A stretch of DNA of 32,000 nt from Candidatus Iainarchaeum sp. (GTDB taxonomy: Archaea; Iainarchaeota; Iainarchaeia; Iainarchaeales; 0-14-0-20-30-16), in contig JAQTTP010000005.1 of assembly GCA_028710695.1 (NCBI GenBank), forward strand, positions 30,001-62,000, read 5' to 3'. The notes below the pieces were generated by a model, which was not told the DNA's origin, did not search any database, and saw nothing but the letters and a program-made list of their open reading frames with translations. Of the stretch, positions 9,810 through 18,927 are shown in pieces. A program made the translations under genes and the position numbers. The first letter of the stretch is position 1. The number at the start of each line of letters is the position of its first letter.

Positions 9810-10517
9810 TTACCTCTTTTTACAAACAACAAACCGCCTGAAAGAAAAGTATTTCAAAATAGGCATACTTGAAATTAATTCATCCACCATTTTATTACAA
9901 ATTATTAAGTCTAAACCTTTTTTAAGAATATTTATTCCTACACGAGGAATAATTTCAAAAGTTCTCTCTTCTACAATATCAAAACCACAAACATTTAGTG
10001 TATGTTTTAATTTTTTATTAGATACAAAAAATTGAGGCACCTTAAATCTTTTTTTTGAGTACAAGGCATTAAGGCTATGAGAAATACCACAGTCCAATAT
10101 TAACAAACCCCCCTTTTTTAAAACCCTATTTAATTCTTTTATCACACTATCAAAGGCCTCAATATAATAACAAGTAGAAAAACAAGTAACCATATCAAAA
10201 TAATTATTTTTAAAAGACAAATTAAGCAGGTTTCCTTGAACTAAGGTTATATTTTTTAGATTCTGTTTTTCAATAGATTTCGCAAATTCGGAAAGCATTT
10301 CTTGAGAAAAGTCAACTGCAATGATTTTTTCTGCTTTATTAGACATAGGCACAGTATATATTCCATTACCACAACCTGCGTCAAAAACTATTGATTCACT
10401 AGTAATATATTTATTTATAAGTTCTAAACGGATTTTATACAATCCGGAAGCAGCTTTCATAGTTTTTGCCATATTGGCATAGTATTTTTTAACTTTATTT
10501 TCGTAATTCTTTTTCAT
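9810..10517 (-). CDS. Class I SAM-dependent methyltransferase
   Basis: VFDAGCGNGIYTVPM (motif I), IIAVDFSQEML, FDMVTCFSTCYYI, and LKKGGLLIL. Confidence 0.85.
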   Translation of the reverse strand: MKKNYENKVKKYYANMAKTMKAASGLYKIRLELINKYITSESIVFDAGCGNGIYTVPMSNKAEKIIAVDFSQEMLSEFAKSIEKQNLKNITLVQGNLLNLSFKNNYFDMVTCFSTCYYIEAFDSVIKELNRVLKKGGLLILDCGISHSLNALYSKKRFKVPQFFVSNKKLKHTLNVCGFDIVEERTFEIIPRVGINILKKGLDLIICNKMVDELISSMPILKYFSFRRFVVCKKR

Positions 10518-11035
10518 TTAAAAAACCGCCAGTACAGTTTAGCAAGTATCTTGGTAATTCTCCCGCCAGTTAAACTTTTTTTTGGGTTAGGAAAACTATT
10601 CATAAGTTCTTTAGGATTCCACTTAAATTTCCAATCGGCGGGCCCTGCTAAATCCAAGCCCAAATTTCCTTCTTCAATACTTAACTTTAAAGAATTATAT
10701 ATTAAATAAGAAAACGCATAATATGGACTTTCAGAGTCTATAGATACTCCTTGTATAACCAAATAACCATCTTTAAATTTATAAAGCGCAAAAGAGCAAC
10801 AATATTTATTATTTATAGTATAAATTCCAAAATATCTTCTTTTAAACGGTAACTTAAAGGGGGGCATTAAAAGTCCTTTTCTTTTTCTATACTGCCTTAA
10901 GTTTTTTTTATGCTCATCAAAAATTATCTCTTTAAAGATCAATCCTTCACGAGTACCACGATTAATTTCATGCCTAATATCTTTTGGCAAATTATTTAAA
11001 TTCAACCAATCTTTTTCTAAAACTAATGTTTTCAT
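10514..11035 (-). CDS. Hypothetical protein, possible FemAB/GNAT-fold (Acetyltransf_6-like) domain
   Basis: 173 aa. IRHEINRGTREGL and YYAFSYLIYNSLKLSIEEGNLGLDLAGPADWKFKWNP resemble the C-terminal FemAB-like GNAT signature (..a.e.G...fDfgG...yK..f). GGTGA SD upstream, and a 4-nt overlap with the upstream gene. Confidence 0.4.
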   Translation of the reverse strand: MKTLVLEKDWLNLNNLPKDIRHEINRGTREGLIFKEIIFDEHKKNLRQYRKRKGLLMPPFKLPFKRRYFGIYTINNKYCCSFALYKFKDGYLVIQGVSIDSESPYYAFSYLIYNSLKLSIEEGNLGLDLAGPADWKFKWNPKELMNSFPNPKKSLTGGRITKILAKLYWRFFK

Positions 11036-11070
11036 TCCATCACCAATTATGGGGGGTAACCAATTTATTT

Positions 11071-11826
11071 TTAATATCTTGATTTTTTAAGTACAAAAAA
11101 CAAGGAATCTGAATTTCCTTGAAAAATCTTTCCCAACATATATAGGCAGTTATAAGTTATTTTAAAGTGCGACAATGCAGCATGTACCTTTGTATGTGGC
11201 ACTATAAACCCTATACCTTTATCTTCAACAACTTTAAATCCTGCTGTTTTTGCCAATTGATAAAATGATTTTTTTGTATAAAAGTGAACGTGGTCTGTAT
11301 TTTTTAAGATTTTAGGCTGTACTATATTATTCCTGAATTTACATATAAGATTTCCTTCATTTGGTACACCAACTATTAAGATGCCTTCTTTTTTCAATAA
11401 TTTGTTCATAGATTGCAAAAGACCCACATCGTCAGGGATGTGCTCCAACATGTGATGAAGAAGGATTACATCAAAAGACTCTTTTTGAAAACCCGGGTTA
11501 AAAGCATCTCTGTGAAAAAAATCAACATTTTTTACAAGTTTCTTTGCCCTCTTTACTCTTATTGGGTTATAATCAATTCCGGTTATAATGGCATTATTAA
11601 TTTTTAATAAATGCTTTGTCATTGCACCGTCGCCACAGCCAATATCAAGTATTTTTATTTTCGACAACCCTTTACAAAATCTGTTTATAATACTTAATAA
11701 ATATTCAACTCTCTTCTCATGATGATGTTTATAATGCCCTTTTTCAAGATATGCGGTTTGATCACCAACATACCATTCATTAGAGTCAAGTATTTTTTTT
11801 GTCACAATAGTTTTAGTTTTAGCCAT
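11071..11826 (-). CDS. Class I SAM-dependent methyltransferase
   Basis: ILDIGCGDGAMTKHL, ITGIDYNPIRV, FDVILLHHMLEHIPDD and LKKEGILIVGVPN. GGTGAT SD upstream. Confidence 0.85.
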   Translation of the reverse strand: MAKTKTIVTKKILDSNEWYVGDQTAYLEKGHYKHHHEKRVEYLLSIINRFCKGLSKIKILDIGCGDGAMTKHLLKINNAIITGIDYNPIRVKRAKKLVKNVDFFHRDAFNPGFQKESFDVILLHHMLEHIPDDVGLLQSMNKLLKKEGILIVGVPNEGNLICKFRNNIVQPKILKNTDHVHFYTKKSFYQLAKTAGFKVVEDKGIGFIVPHTKVHAALSHFKITYNCLYMLGKIFQGNSDSLFFVLKKSRY

Positions 11827-11837
11827 AAAATCACCAA

Positions 11838-12914
11838 TTATATATTCTTTTTTATGAGTTCAATCTCATAATTTAATATTACATTCATATTATATTTTTT
11901 AGTTACAAAAAGTCGCGCATTATTACCACTAGTTTTCCAATTTTCTTTATCCAAAATAAAAAATATGTTTTTTGCCATAGCTTCACTATTTTTTGGTAAA
12001 CTTAAAAAAGCAGTTTTTCCCACAATTGTGTTATTATGAAACGGCTCAAGATCAGTAGCAATAATTGGCAAGCCGCAAGCTTGAGCTTCTATTATCGGAA
12101 TAGCAAAACCCTCATGTAATGTGGCAGTAATGAAAAATTTGGCTTTATTATAATAATCTGGAAGTTTATTATGTGGTATTGGCCCAAGATAAATCAATCC
12201 TTTTTTTCTAGGAATTTCAATTGGCCCCGCACCGATAATTGCTAATTTAAATAACGGAAATTTTTGTCTAACTATGTCAAAGGTTTTTACAAGATATTCT
12301 ATCCCTTTTCGCGGTATTAACGATCCAACATAAATTGCATCATACTCTTTGGTTATTTTTTGTGGCTTAAAGAGCTTACAATCAACAAAATTCGGCACCA
12401 AATACATATTTTTCCACTTTAGCTCATCGATATACATTTTGTCAATCACAAAAGTCAAACTTACGGCATACTTTGTTATAAACTCACAGAATCTAAATAA
12501 AATCTTGTGGAAGACACCATAGTTATAAGTTTTTGCAAGACCCCTATAAGTACCATGTATTGAACAGACAAAAGGGATTCTTCTAATCTTTGAGACCAGA
12601 CCTAACAATGCAGATTTAACAAAAGTAGAACCTTCAAGTGCTCTGGTAAAATTTATTTTATATTTTTTACACAATTTAAAAGTGTAGTAAGCTTGTTTTA
12701 AGAGGCTAATTAGTTTAATTTTTGAAGCGGCCACATTAATTATTTTTATATTTGGATATGAAAAAGTTACAGATCCCTTATCCACATTTAAAATATAAAC
12801 GGGCCCTAAATTATCAGCATAATATCTAAATCTGTCCATAAATTGGTCTAGATTTCCTTGTTTTACATATATACTTAGAGGGTCATTTGGTAATACTAAA
12901 CAATTATATTTCAT
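11838..12914 (-). CDS. Glycosyltransferase, GT-B fold (GT4-like)
   Basis: C-terminal EGFAIPIIEAQACGLPIIATD (E.7E-type GT4 motif). Start moved from TTG 12926 to ATG 12914, which has GGTGA upstream and an ATGA overlap with the deacetylase stop. Confidence 0.85.
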   Translation of the reverse strand: MKYNCLVLPNDPLSIYVKQGNLDQFMDRFRYYADNLGPVYILNVDKGSVTFSYPNIKIINVAASKIKLISLLKQAYYTFKLCKKYKINFTRALEGSTFVKSALLGLVSKIRRIPFVCSIHGTYRGLAKTYNYGVFHKILFRFCEFITKYAVSLTFVIDKMYIDELKWKNMYLVPNFVDCKLFKPQKITKEYDAIYVGSLIPRKGIEYLVKTFDIVRQKFPLFKLAIIGAGPIEIPRKKGLIYLGPIPHNKLPDYYNKAKFFITATLHEGFAIPIIEAQACGLPIIATDLEPFHNNTIVGKTAFLSLPKNSEAMAKNIFFILDKENWKTSGNNARLFVTKKYNMNVILNYEIELIKKNI

Positions 12915-13789
12915 TTCTTCACCCAAGATTTTGCAACTTCTTCACAAGTTTTAACTTTAATTTTATTCTCACACAAAAACTCTAAACTATCCTCAAAGCT
13001 TTTACAATTTGCTACGTCTGCAGGATCAAAATAAAAGGTTCCTACTGCATTGTGCTTTTTTATTATTTTGACGGCTTTCTTGAAAACATCCACAAAATCT
13101 CCTGATTTTGCATGCGCAGGAGGATTTGAACGAAAACAATGCCAACTGTCAAAGAGAGGAAAGTAATGTTCTGGACAAACCATAAGGGGTAATTCTAAAA
13201 CAGAGTAATTTTGATTACTAGACTCTAAAAAATTTGTTTTTGACGGATAATATGGCAAACCATATGATTTTGTTCTAGTTAACATCGTTGAACTTGAATA
13301 TAAATATCCCAATTCTTCTAATAAAGGGTATACAAACTGTCCATGCAAATTACCTAAATGAGGGGTTCTAAATCCAACAGGCTTGTAATCAAAATACTTT
13401 TTGCATAATTCTTCAAATTTCACTATTTCTCTATTTTGTTCTTTTTGAGTTATTTTATTAAAAAAATTATTGTTGAATACGGAATTAGGATGTGAATAAG
13501 TATGATTTATTATTTCGTGACCATCATCAAGAATTTTTCGATGAATTCGCGGATATTTTTCAATCCATTTACCTATGCAGGCAAAAGAACTTTTTATGTT
13601 ATAGGAATTAAGCAATTCTAACAAATTAGGTAAGACACCCATATCTGGGGGCATATCACAATCAAAACTTATACTAAAAATGCTTTCTTTTAATTTGCTT
13701 TGATTTTTTGAAAAATAATTGTTAAGCATAATAGGAGATATTGGTTTAATGACTTTACGAGCAAATTTTCTCAAAAGATTTATCTGCAT
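12911..13789 (-). CDS. Polysaccharide deacetylase (CE4/NodB-like)
   Basis: SFDCDMPPD (the D.D metal/catalytic motif position) and GHEIINHTYSHPN (H-S/T-x-x-H). Confidence 0.75.
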   Translation of the reverse strand: MQINLLRKFARKVIKPISPIMLNNYFSKNQSKLKESIFSISFDCDMPPDMGVLPNLLELLNSYNIKSSFACIGKWIEKYPRIHRKILDDGHEIINHTYSHPNSVFNNNFFNKITQKEQNREIVKFEELCKKYFDYKPVGFRTPHLGNLHGQFVYPLLEELGYLYSSSTMLTRTKSYGLPYYPSKTNFLESSNQNYSVLELPLMVCPEHYFPLFDSWHCFRSNPPAHAKSGDFVDVFKKAVKIIKKHNAVGTFYFDPADVANCKSFEDSLEFLCENKIKVKTCEEVAKSWVKK

Positions 13790-13863
13790 AATATCACAAT
13801 CTCAAACATTTACTATATATAAATATAATGTATATATTATTTATATCTTATTGGTGAGATTCC

Positions 13864-15042
13864 ATGGCTTTAAAAGAAGGATTTAAAACTAATTTGGTAC
13901 AGGTTCACCCCGGAATTGTTTACATTTGTGTTTATGGGGCATATAATCCTGAACAGCCACGCATATCAAAACTCGCGGCATCATTAGTTAAATCAAATTA
14001 TAAAATAAAATGGGTTGTTTGTTCAGGCAAAGGAGAAAACATTATCGAAACAAAAGCAAAATCAAAGATCGATTATCTAATTAAAGCCACTAAATATTTA
14101 AGAAAAACTCTTAAACCACAAGATCTTGTTCTTTGTTATGTACATATTGGTGGAATAGTCGGCTTTTTTTCAACGCTTGGCAAAAAAACAAAATTTATTT
14201 ATGATTATCCAGACCCATGGGTTGGATGGTATTACTATAAAACAAAAAATGATAACTTAAATTGGAAGATTGGCAGAATATTATTTTTCTGGTTAGAAAA
14301 ATTGTTGTACAAAAGCGCAGCATATGTTACCACTGCGAGCTTTTCACAATTAGAGTTTTTGCAAAAACAACATGGCAAAAAAGAAAATTCTGCAGTAATA
14401 TTAAATTGCCCAGATATTAATATATTTAATAAAAACAATAAAGACGGGGGATTAATTACTAAATTAGGATTAAATAACAAAACTATTTTAATATATTTGG
14501 GGACCATATTAGAAGAATATGGCTGTGATATTTTATTAGATGCATTTTCAGAAATTTATAAAAAAGATCCAAACACACAGTTATTATTTTTAGGAAAAGC
14601 AAAATCACCACAATTTCAAAAAGAATTAGAAAAAAAAGTTTTAAGTTATAAAATAACTAAGGCCGTTACATTTTTACCACCTGTGTCAAAAATACAAGTT
14701 CCGCAATATTTGAATATTGCAAAAATTGGTTTTGTTCCGTTTAAAAATAGGTTTTATAATAATGTTGGCAGCCCAAACAAACTTTTCGAATATCTGGCTT
14801 GCGGAGTTGTACCTATTGTTTCGGATATGACTGAATTTAAACACTATATTATCGACAAAAAAAATGGTTTTTTAGTTCAACCAGAAAATGTTAAAGAATT
14901 AGTCAATAAAACTATCGAAATATTAAACAAAGATTCTGTGAAGGAAATTGTGCACCTAAATGAGAAGTTGGTAAAGGAAAAATATAACTGGGATTTACAA
15001 GAAAAACAATTTTTAAAGATAATAAAAAAAGTAAGCAAATAA
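13864..15042 (+). CDS. Glycosyltransferase, GT-B fold (GT4/GT1-like)
   Basis: The only plus-strand gene. GSPNKLFEYLACGVVPIVSDMTEF is the C-terminal nucleotide-sugar-binding motif. GGTGAGATTCC precedes the ATG. Confidence 0.8.
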   Translation: MALKEGFKTNLVQVHPGIVYICVYGAYNPEQPRISKLAASLVKSNYKIKWVVCSGKGENIIETKAKSKIDYLIKATKYLRKTLKPQDLVLCYVHIGGIVGFFSTLGKKTKFIYDYPDPWVGWYYYKTKNDNLNWKIGRILFFWLEKLLYKSAAYVTTASFSQLEFLQKQHGKKENSAVILNCPDINIFNKNNKDGGLITKLGLNNKTILIYLGTILEEYGCDILLDAFSEIYKKDPNTQLLFLGKAKSPQFQKELEKKVLSYKITKAVTFLPPVSKIQVPQYLNIAKIGFVPFKNRFYNNVGSPNKLFEYLACGVVPIVSDMTEFKHYIIDKKNGFLVQPENVKELVNKTIEILNKDSVKEIVHLNEKLVKEKYNWDLQEKQFLKIIKKVSK

Positions 15043-15050
15043 AAAACAGC

Positions 15051-16181
15051 TTATTTCTTGCCCAATTTAGAAATACCAGATTTTAAAATTAGATTGTATT
15101 CTTTTATGAAATCTTTTATAACTATATTCCAATCAAAATCTTTTGCTTTTATTTTTGCAGATACTGCTAATTTTTCACAACTCTTAAAATTGTTACAGAC
15201 ATAAACCATTTTTTTATACAAATCATCACTGTTACCCATTTTAACTTTTAAACCGGTTTTTTCATTTTCTACATAGGGTAAACTAGTTATTATTATTTTT
15301 CCTGCAGCCATTGCTTCTAATAATGCAACTGGTTGCCCAGTTTCAAAGGATGGCAGAACAAATACATCATTGTTCATTAAAAAGGAGGGCATATCTTTAA
15401 CCCACCCAAAAAAGGCCACATTTTTAGTTTTATTAACAACAACAAACTTTTCTAATTCGCTTTTCAATAAACCATCGCCGCCAATATTTAATTTAACATT
15501 ATATTCTTTTGATAATTTGGTATATGCTTCAAAAAGAATTCTAAGCCCTTTTACTTCTTCAAGCCTACCCATAAAAACAAACCTAATTTCTTTCCACGTT
15601 TTATTAGTTTTATTAAAATCACCTAAATCTATAGCATTAGTCATAAGCTTATTATTTAATTTTGGATATTTTTGCAGCATTTCAGTCCTAGAAATTGGAC
15701 TTACAAATAAAACTTTGGACGCCCTTTTTATGGCGAAATCATTTAAAAAATATAAAAACTTTTTTATTGGAAAAAACCAACCTCTCGGCAACCCATGTGG
15801 AGTATAGACTAAGGGGACATTAAATTTATTTTTTAACAAAGCACCAAAAAAGCCACCTACTTGTCCATGCGCATGAATAAGATCTATTTTTTCTGCCTTT
15901 ATTATTTCTTTAGCCTTAAAATATGCTAAAAAGTTAAATGATAGGTTTCTTAAAAAAGTATTATTAATAAATGGAACACGCCAAACTTTTATTTTTCCTG
16001 TTGTTTCATACTTACTTTGATTAGGAAATAGTCGAGTAATTATAAATATATTCTGGTTATTTTTTGCAAGAAATCTACTAAGTTTATCAACATGAATTTC
16101 TATTCCGCCAGATGGTTTTTTCTCAAAACCAGCTCCAGAATGAAAAGGCCATTCTTTTGATCCAATTAAAAGTATTCGCAT
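15051..16181 (-). CDS. Glycosyltransferase, GT-B fold (GT4-like)
   Basis: FETGQPVALLEAMAAGKIIITS, FMGRLEEVKG, and N-terminal GGIEIHVDKLSRFLA. Confidence 0.85.
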   Translation of the reverse strand: MRILLIGSKEWPFHSGAGFEKKPSGGIEIHVDKLSRFLAKNNQNIFIITRLFPNQSKYETTGKIKVWRVPFINNTFLRNLSFNFLAYFKAKEIIKAEKIDLIHAHGQVGGFFGALLKNKFNVPLVYTPHGLPRGWFFPIKKFLYFLNDFAIKRASKVLFVSPISRTEMLQKYPKLNNKLMTNAIDLGDFNKTNKTWKEIRFVFMGRLEEVKGLRILFEAYTKLSKEYNVKLNIGGDGLLKSELEKFVVVNKTKNVAFFGWVKDMPSFLMNNDVFVLPSFETGQPVALLEAMAAGKIIITSLPYVENEKTGLKVKMGNSDDLYKKMVYVCNNFKSCEKLAVSAKIKAKDFDWNIVIKDFIKEYNLILKSGISKLGKK

Positions 16182-17291
16182 TTATTCACCCAACCTTTTT
16201 ATAGTACTAACAACTTTAATTAAATCTTCTTTCTTTAATAAAGGATGAACCGGCAGACTTACAACTTCTTTTGCAAGTTTTTCTGAAACGGGGAAATCTC
16301 CTTCTTTATAACCCAATTTTTGGAATTGAGGATGTAAATGTAATGGTTTAGGATAATAAATTCCAGGGAATATTTCTTGTTCTTTTAATTTTGCAACAAA
16401 GGTATCCCTATTCATTGGAAATTCACTAGTTATTCTAATTGTAAACTGATGCCAACAAGGCTCATGGCCTTCCTCAACAACAGGCAATATTAGCCCCTTT
16501 ATACCCTTCAAATTTTTCAACAGGTATTTTGCATTTTTTTGCCTCTTCTGTGTAAATTTGTCCAACCTATCTAACTGAACTAAAGCAATACTTGCTAAAA
16601 CATCAGTTAATCTATAATTATACCCTAAATCTACATATGCATAATCACCAGATTGTTGCATCCCATGCTGTCTAAATCTTTTTGCCCGTTCCATAACCTC
16701 TTCCGAATTTGTTGTTAACAACCCACCTTCTCCAGACATCATATTCTTAGTCGCATATAAACTAAATGCGCCTGCATTACCTAAATTACCTGCAAATTTG
16801 TCTTTGTATTTAGCATTATGTGATTGACAAGCATCTTCCAAAACTACAAGATTATGTTTCTTTGCAATTGCATTAATTAAATCCATATCACAACACAAGC
16901 CATAAAGATGTATTGGCAAAATTGCTTTTGTTTTTGAAGTTATTTTTTCTTCTATTTTTGTAGGGTCAATGTTAAATGTTTTCTCGTCAACATCTACAAA
17001 AATTGGTTTAGCACCAAGCATAATTGCAGGATTTGCGCTAGCAACAAATGTAAATGGCGTTGTGATTACTTCATCGCCTGATCCTATTCCCAAGCCATAA
17101 AGCCCAGCATGTAAAGCAGCAGTTCCAGAATTTAAAGCCACACAATATTTTGTGCCTACTTTTTCAGCAAATCTTTTTTCCAACTCTGCAACTTTTGGGC
17201 CTTGTGCAAGCATTCCTGATTTTAATACTTCCATTACTGCTTTTCTTTCTTTTACATCCAAATATGGTTTTGAAACCGTTATTTTACTCAT
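16182..17291 (-). CDS. DegT-family aminotransferase, WbpE-like (UDP-2-acetamido-2-deoxy-3-oxo-glucuronate aminotransferase type)
   Basis: LNSGTAALHAGL, DEVITTPFTFVASAN, VLEDACQSHNAKY and FSLYATKNMMSGEGG (PLP Lys). It is contiguous with the WbpD- and WbpB-like genes. Confidence 0.85.
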   Translation of the reverse strand: MSKITVSKPYLDVKERKAVMEVLKSGMLAQGPKVAELEKRFAEKVGTKYCVALNSGTAALHAGLYGLGIGSGDEVITTPFTFVASANPAIMLGAKPIFVDVDEKTFNIDPTKIEEKITSKTKAILPIHLYGLCCDMDLINAIAKKHNLVVLEDACQSHNAKYKDKFAGNLGNAGAFSLYATKNMMSGEGGLLTTNSEEVMERAKRFRQHGMQQSGDYAYVDLGYNYRLTDVLASIALVQLDRLDKFTQKRQKNAKYLLKNLKGIKGLILPVVEEGHEPCWHQFTIRITSEFPMNRDTFVAKLKEQEIFPGIYYPKPLHLHPQFQKLGYKEGDFPVSEKLAKEVVSLPVHPLLKKEDLIKVVSTIKRLGE

Positions 17292-17304
17292 ATATTATCA
17301 CTCA

Positions 17305-17799
17305 CTATTTACCAATTGGAAAACCATTTTTTCCTACTTTCTTAACTACTTTTGCGGGATTTCCAACAACCAAAGAGTATGGGGGTACATCTTTTGTTAC
17401 TACTGCGCCAGCACCAATAACACTATATTCTCCTAAAGTTATGCCACAAACAATTACTGCGCCAGCACCAATTGACACCCCGTCTTTAACTTCTGTTTTT
17501 GTTAATTTATCATCATTCCAGATCTCTGCCCGAGGATACAAATCATTTGTAAAAGTAGCATTTGGGCCGACAAAAACATTATTCCCAATTGTAACTCCAT
17601 GATAAACATTTACATTGTTTTGGAATTTACAGCCATTTCCTATTTTAACCCCAGAATCAACGTACACACAATGTCCAAAAATACAATTCTCACCAATTTC
17701 TGTGTTTTTACATATATGAACAAAATGCCATATTTTTGTTCCTTTTCCTATTTTTGCGCCATCATCACATACTGCAGTAGGATGTATAAAATAATCCAT
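17305..17799 (-). CDS. Left-handed beta-helix (hexapeptide) N-acetyltransferase, WbpD/WlbB-like
   Basis: FIHPTAVCDDGAKIGKGTKIWHFVHICKNTEIGENCIFGHCVYV plus further hexapeptide repeats. Start moved from GTG 17808 to ATG 17799 (GTGAT-4nt-ATG). Confidence 0.85.
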   Translation of the reverse strand: MDYFIHPTAVCDDGAKIGKGTKIWHFVHICKNTEIGENCIFGHCVYVDSGVKIGNGCKFQNNVNVYHGVTIGNNVFVGPNATFTNDLYPRAEIWNDDKLTKTEVKDGVSIGAGAVIVCGITLGEYSVIGAGAVVTKDVPPYSLVVGNPAKVVKKVGKNGFPIGK

Positions 17800-17804
17800 A
17801 AACA

Positions 17805-18794
17805 TCACTTAAAATTCTTTTTCAAACTCTCCAAAAGTATTATCCCATTCAAAGCATCATCTATGCTAACATATGGTTCTTCTGTGCCCGCAATACAACT
17901 TAAAAAGTTTTCAATTTCCATTAAAAGCGGTTCTTTCTTTTCAACAAGTATTTTTCTTTCTTCACCAACAGTAACGCCAGTTAATATTTGCTGATATTCT
18001 ATATTCTCTTTATGTTTCCCATTTTCATAAAAGGTAATTTCCTGGGTAATATAATCTAGGCTCAACAGCCCTTTTTTTCCGCAAATATATAATTTTCTTA
18101 TTTTTGTGGGAGATAAAATATCTGTAGATAAATTTATTACAATATTTTCTTTTGTCTTCATTAAAACTCTTATAATATCTGGATCTTTTTTATTTATGAA
18201 ATTGTGTGTTTGTAAACAAGCATAACTTACACAATCACCCATTTTACCAAGTAAGTAATTTATTATTTCTAAATCGTGTATTCCTAAGTCTGTTAGAACA
18301 TCTACATCTACTACACCTGGTGGATATGGCCCTTGCCTCAAGATATTAATATAAAAAATTTTTCCTAACTCCCCCCTAAAAACAAGATCTATTACTTTTC
18401 TTACTGCTGGATTATATCTTTCAATCTGACCAACAACACAAGTAACTCCTGCTTTTTTAATAATATCTTTAATTTCTTCAGCTTCTTTAACAGATGGTGC
18501 TGCCGGTTTTTCTAGTAAAATATTAATTTTCTTTTGAGCCACCTTTTCCACTATTGCCTTATGCAACATAGTAGGAACACATATTGACACCCCATCTAAC
18601 TGTTCGTTATTCAACATTTCATCCAAATCATAATACGCCTTACATTTGTATTTTTCCGAGAACTCATCACATTTTTTCTTATTAGAATCACATATTGCAA
18701 CTAGTTCAACATCTGGCCTTTCAAAATAAATTCTTGCATGGTTTTTTCCCATATTTCCAACACCAATTACTGCAATTTTTGGCACATTACTCAT
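17805..18794 (-). CDS. Gfo/Idh/MocA NAD-dependent oxidoreductase, WbpB-like
   Basis: KIAVIGVGNMGKNHARIY Rossmann motif and ILLEKPAAPS. AGGTGAT SD 4 nt before the ATG. First gene of the minus-strand glycan operon. Confidence 0.85.
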   Translation of the reverse strand: MSNVPKIAVIGVGNMGKNHARIYFERPDVELVAICDSNKKKCDEFSEKYKCKAYYDLDEMLNNEQLDGVSICVPTMLHKAIVEKVAQKKINILLEKPAAPSVKEAEEIKDIIKKAGVTCVVGQIERYNPAVRKVIDLVFRGELGKIFYINILRQGPYPPGVVDVDVLTDLGIHDLEIINYLLGKMGDCVSYACLQTHNFINKKDPDIIRVLMKTKENIVINLSTDILSPTKIRKLYICGKKGLLSLDYITQEITFYENGKHKENIEYQQILTGVTVGEERKILVEKKEPLLMEIENFLSCIAGTEEPYVSIDDALNGIILLESLKKNFK

Positions 18795-18907
18795 AAAATC
18801 ACCTACGTCAATTAAAAATATTAAAAAAATAGAAAGTGCTAAATCTTTGTTCGTGTAAAAAGCTCTCCGCTAAAAGACAGCCAATTAATATAACTAATAA
18901 CCATTTT

Positions 18908-18927
18908 GTTTATAAAGGTTACTTTTT
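18908..18927 (-). promoter_or_regulatory. Putative BRE/TATA promoter (minus-strand reading AAAAAGTAACCTTTATAAAC) for the wbpB-like operon
   Basis: The 20-nt string gtttataaaggttacttttt is identical to 24901..24920, and its core tttataaaggtt recurs at 29999..30010. It lies ~115 nt upstream of ATG 18794 and directly after the GTPase stop codon. Confidence 0.5.

Noticed and set aside
18866-18882. The 10-nt match aaaagacagc shared by the wbpB-operon leader (18871-18880) and the candidate ncRNA (24754-24763)
   Set aside because: A single 10-mer match is expected many times by chance in 32 kb of AT-biased sequence, and there is no flanking similarity.
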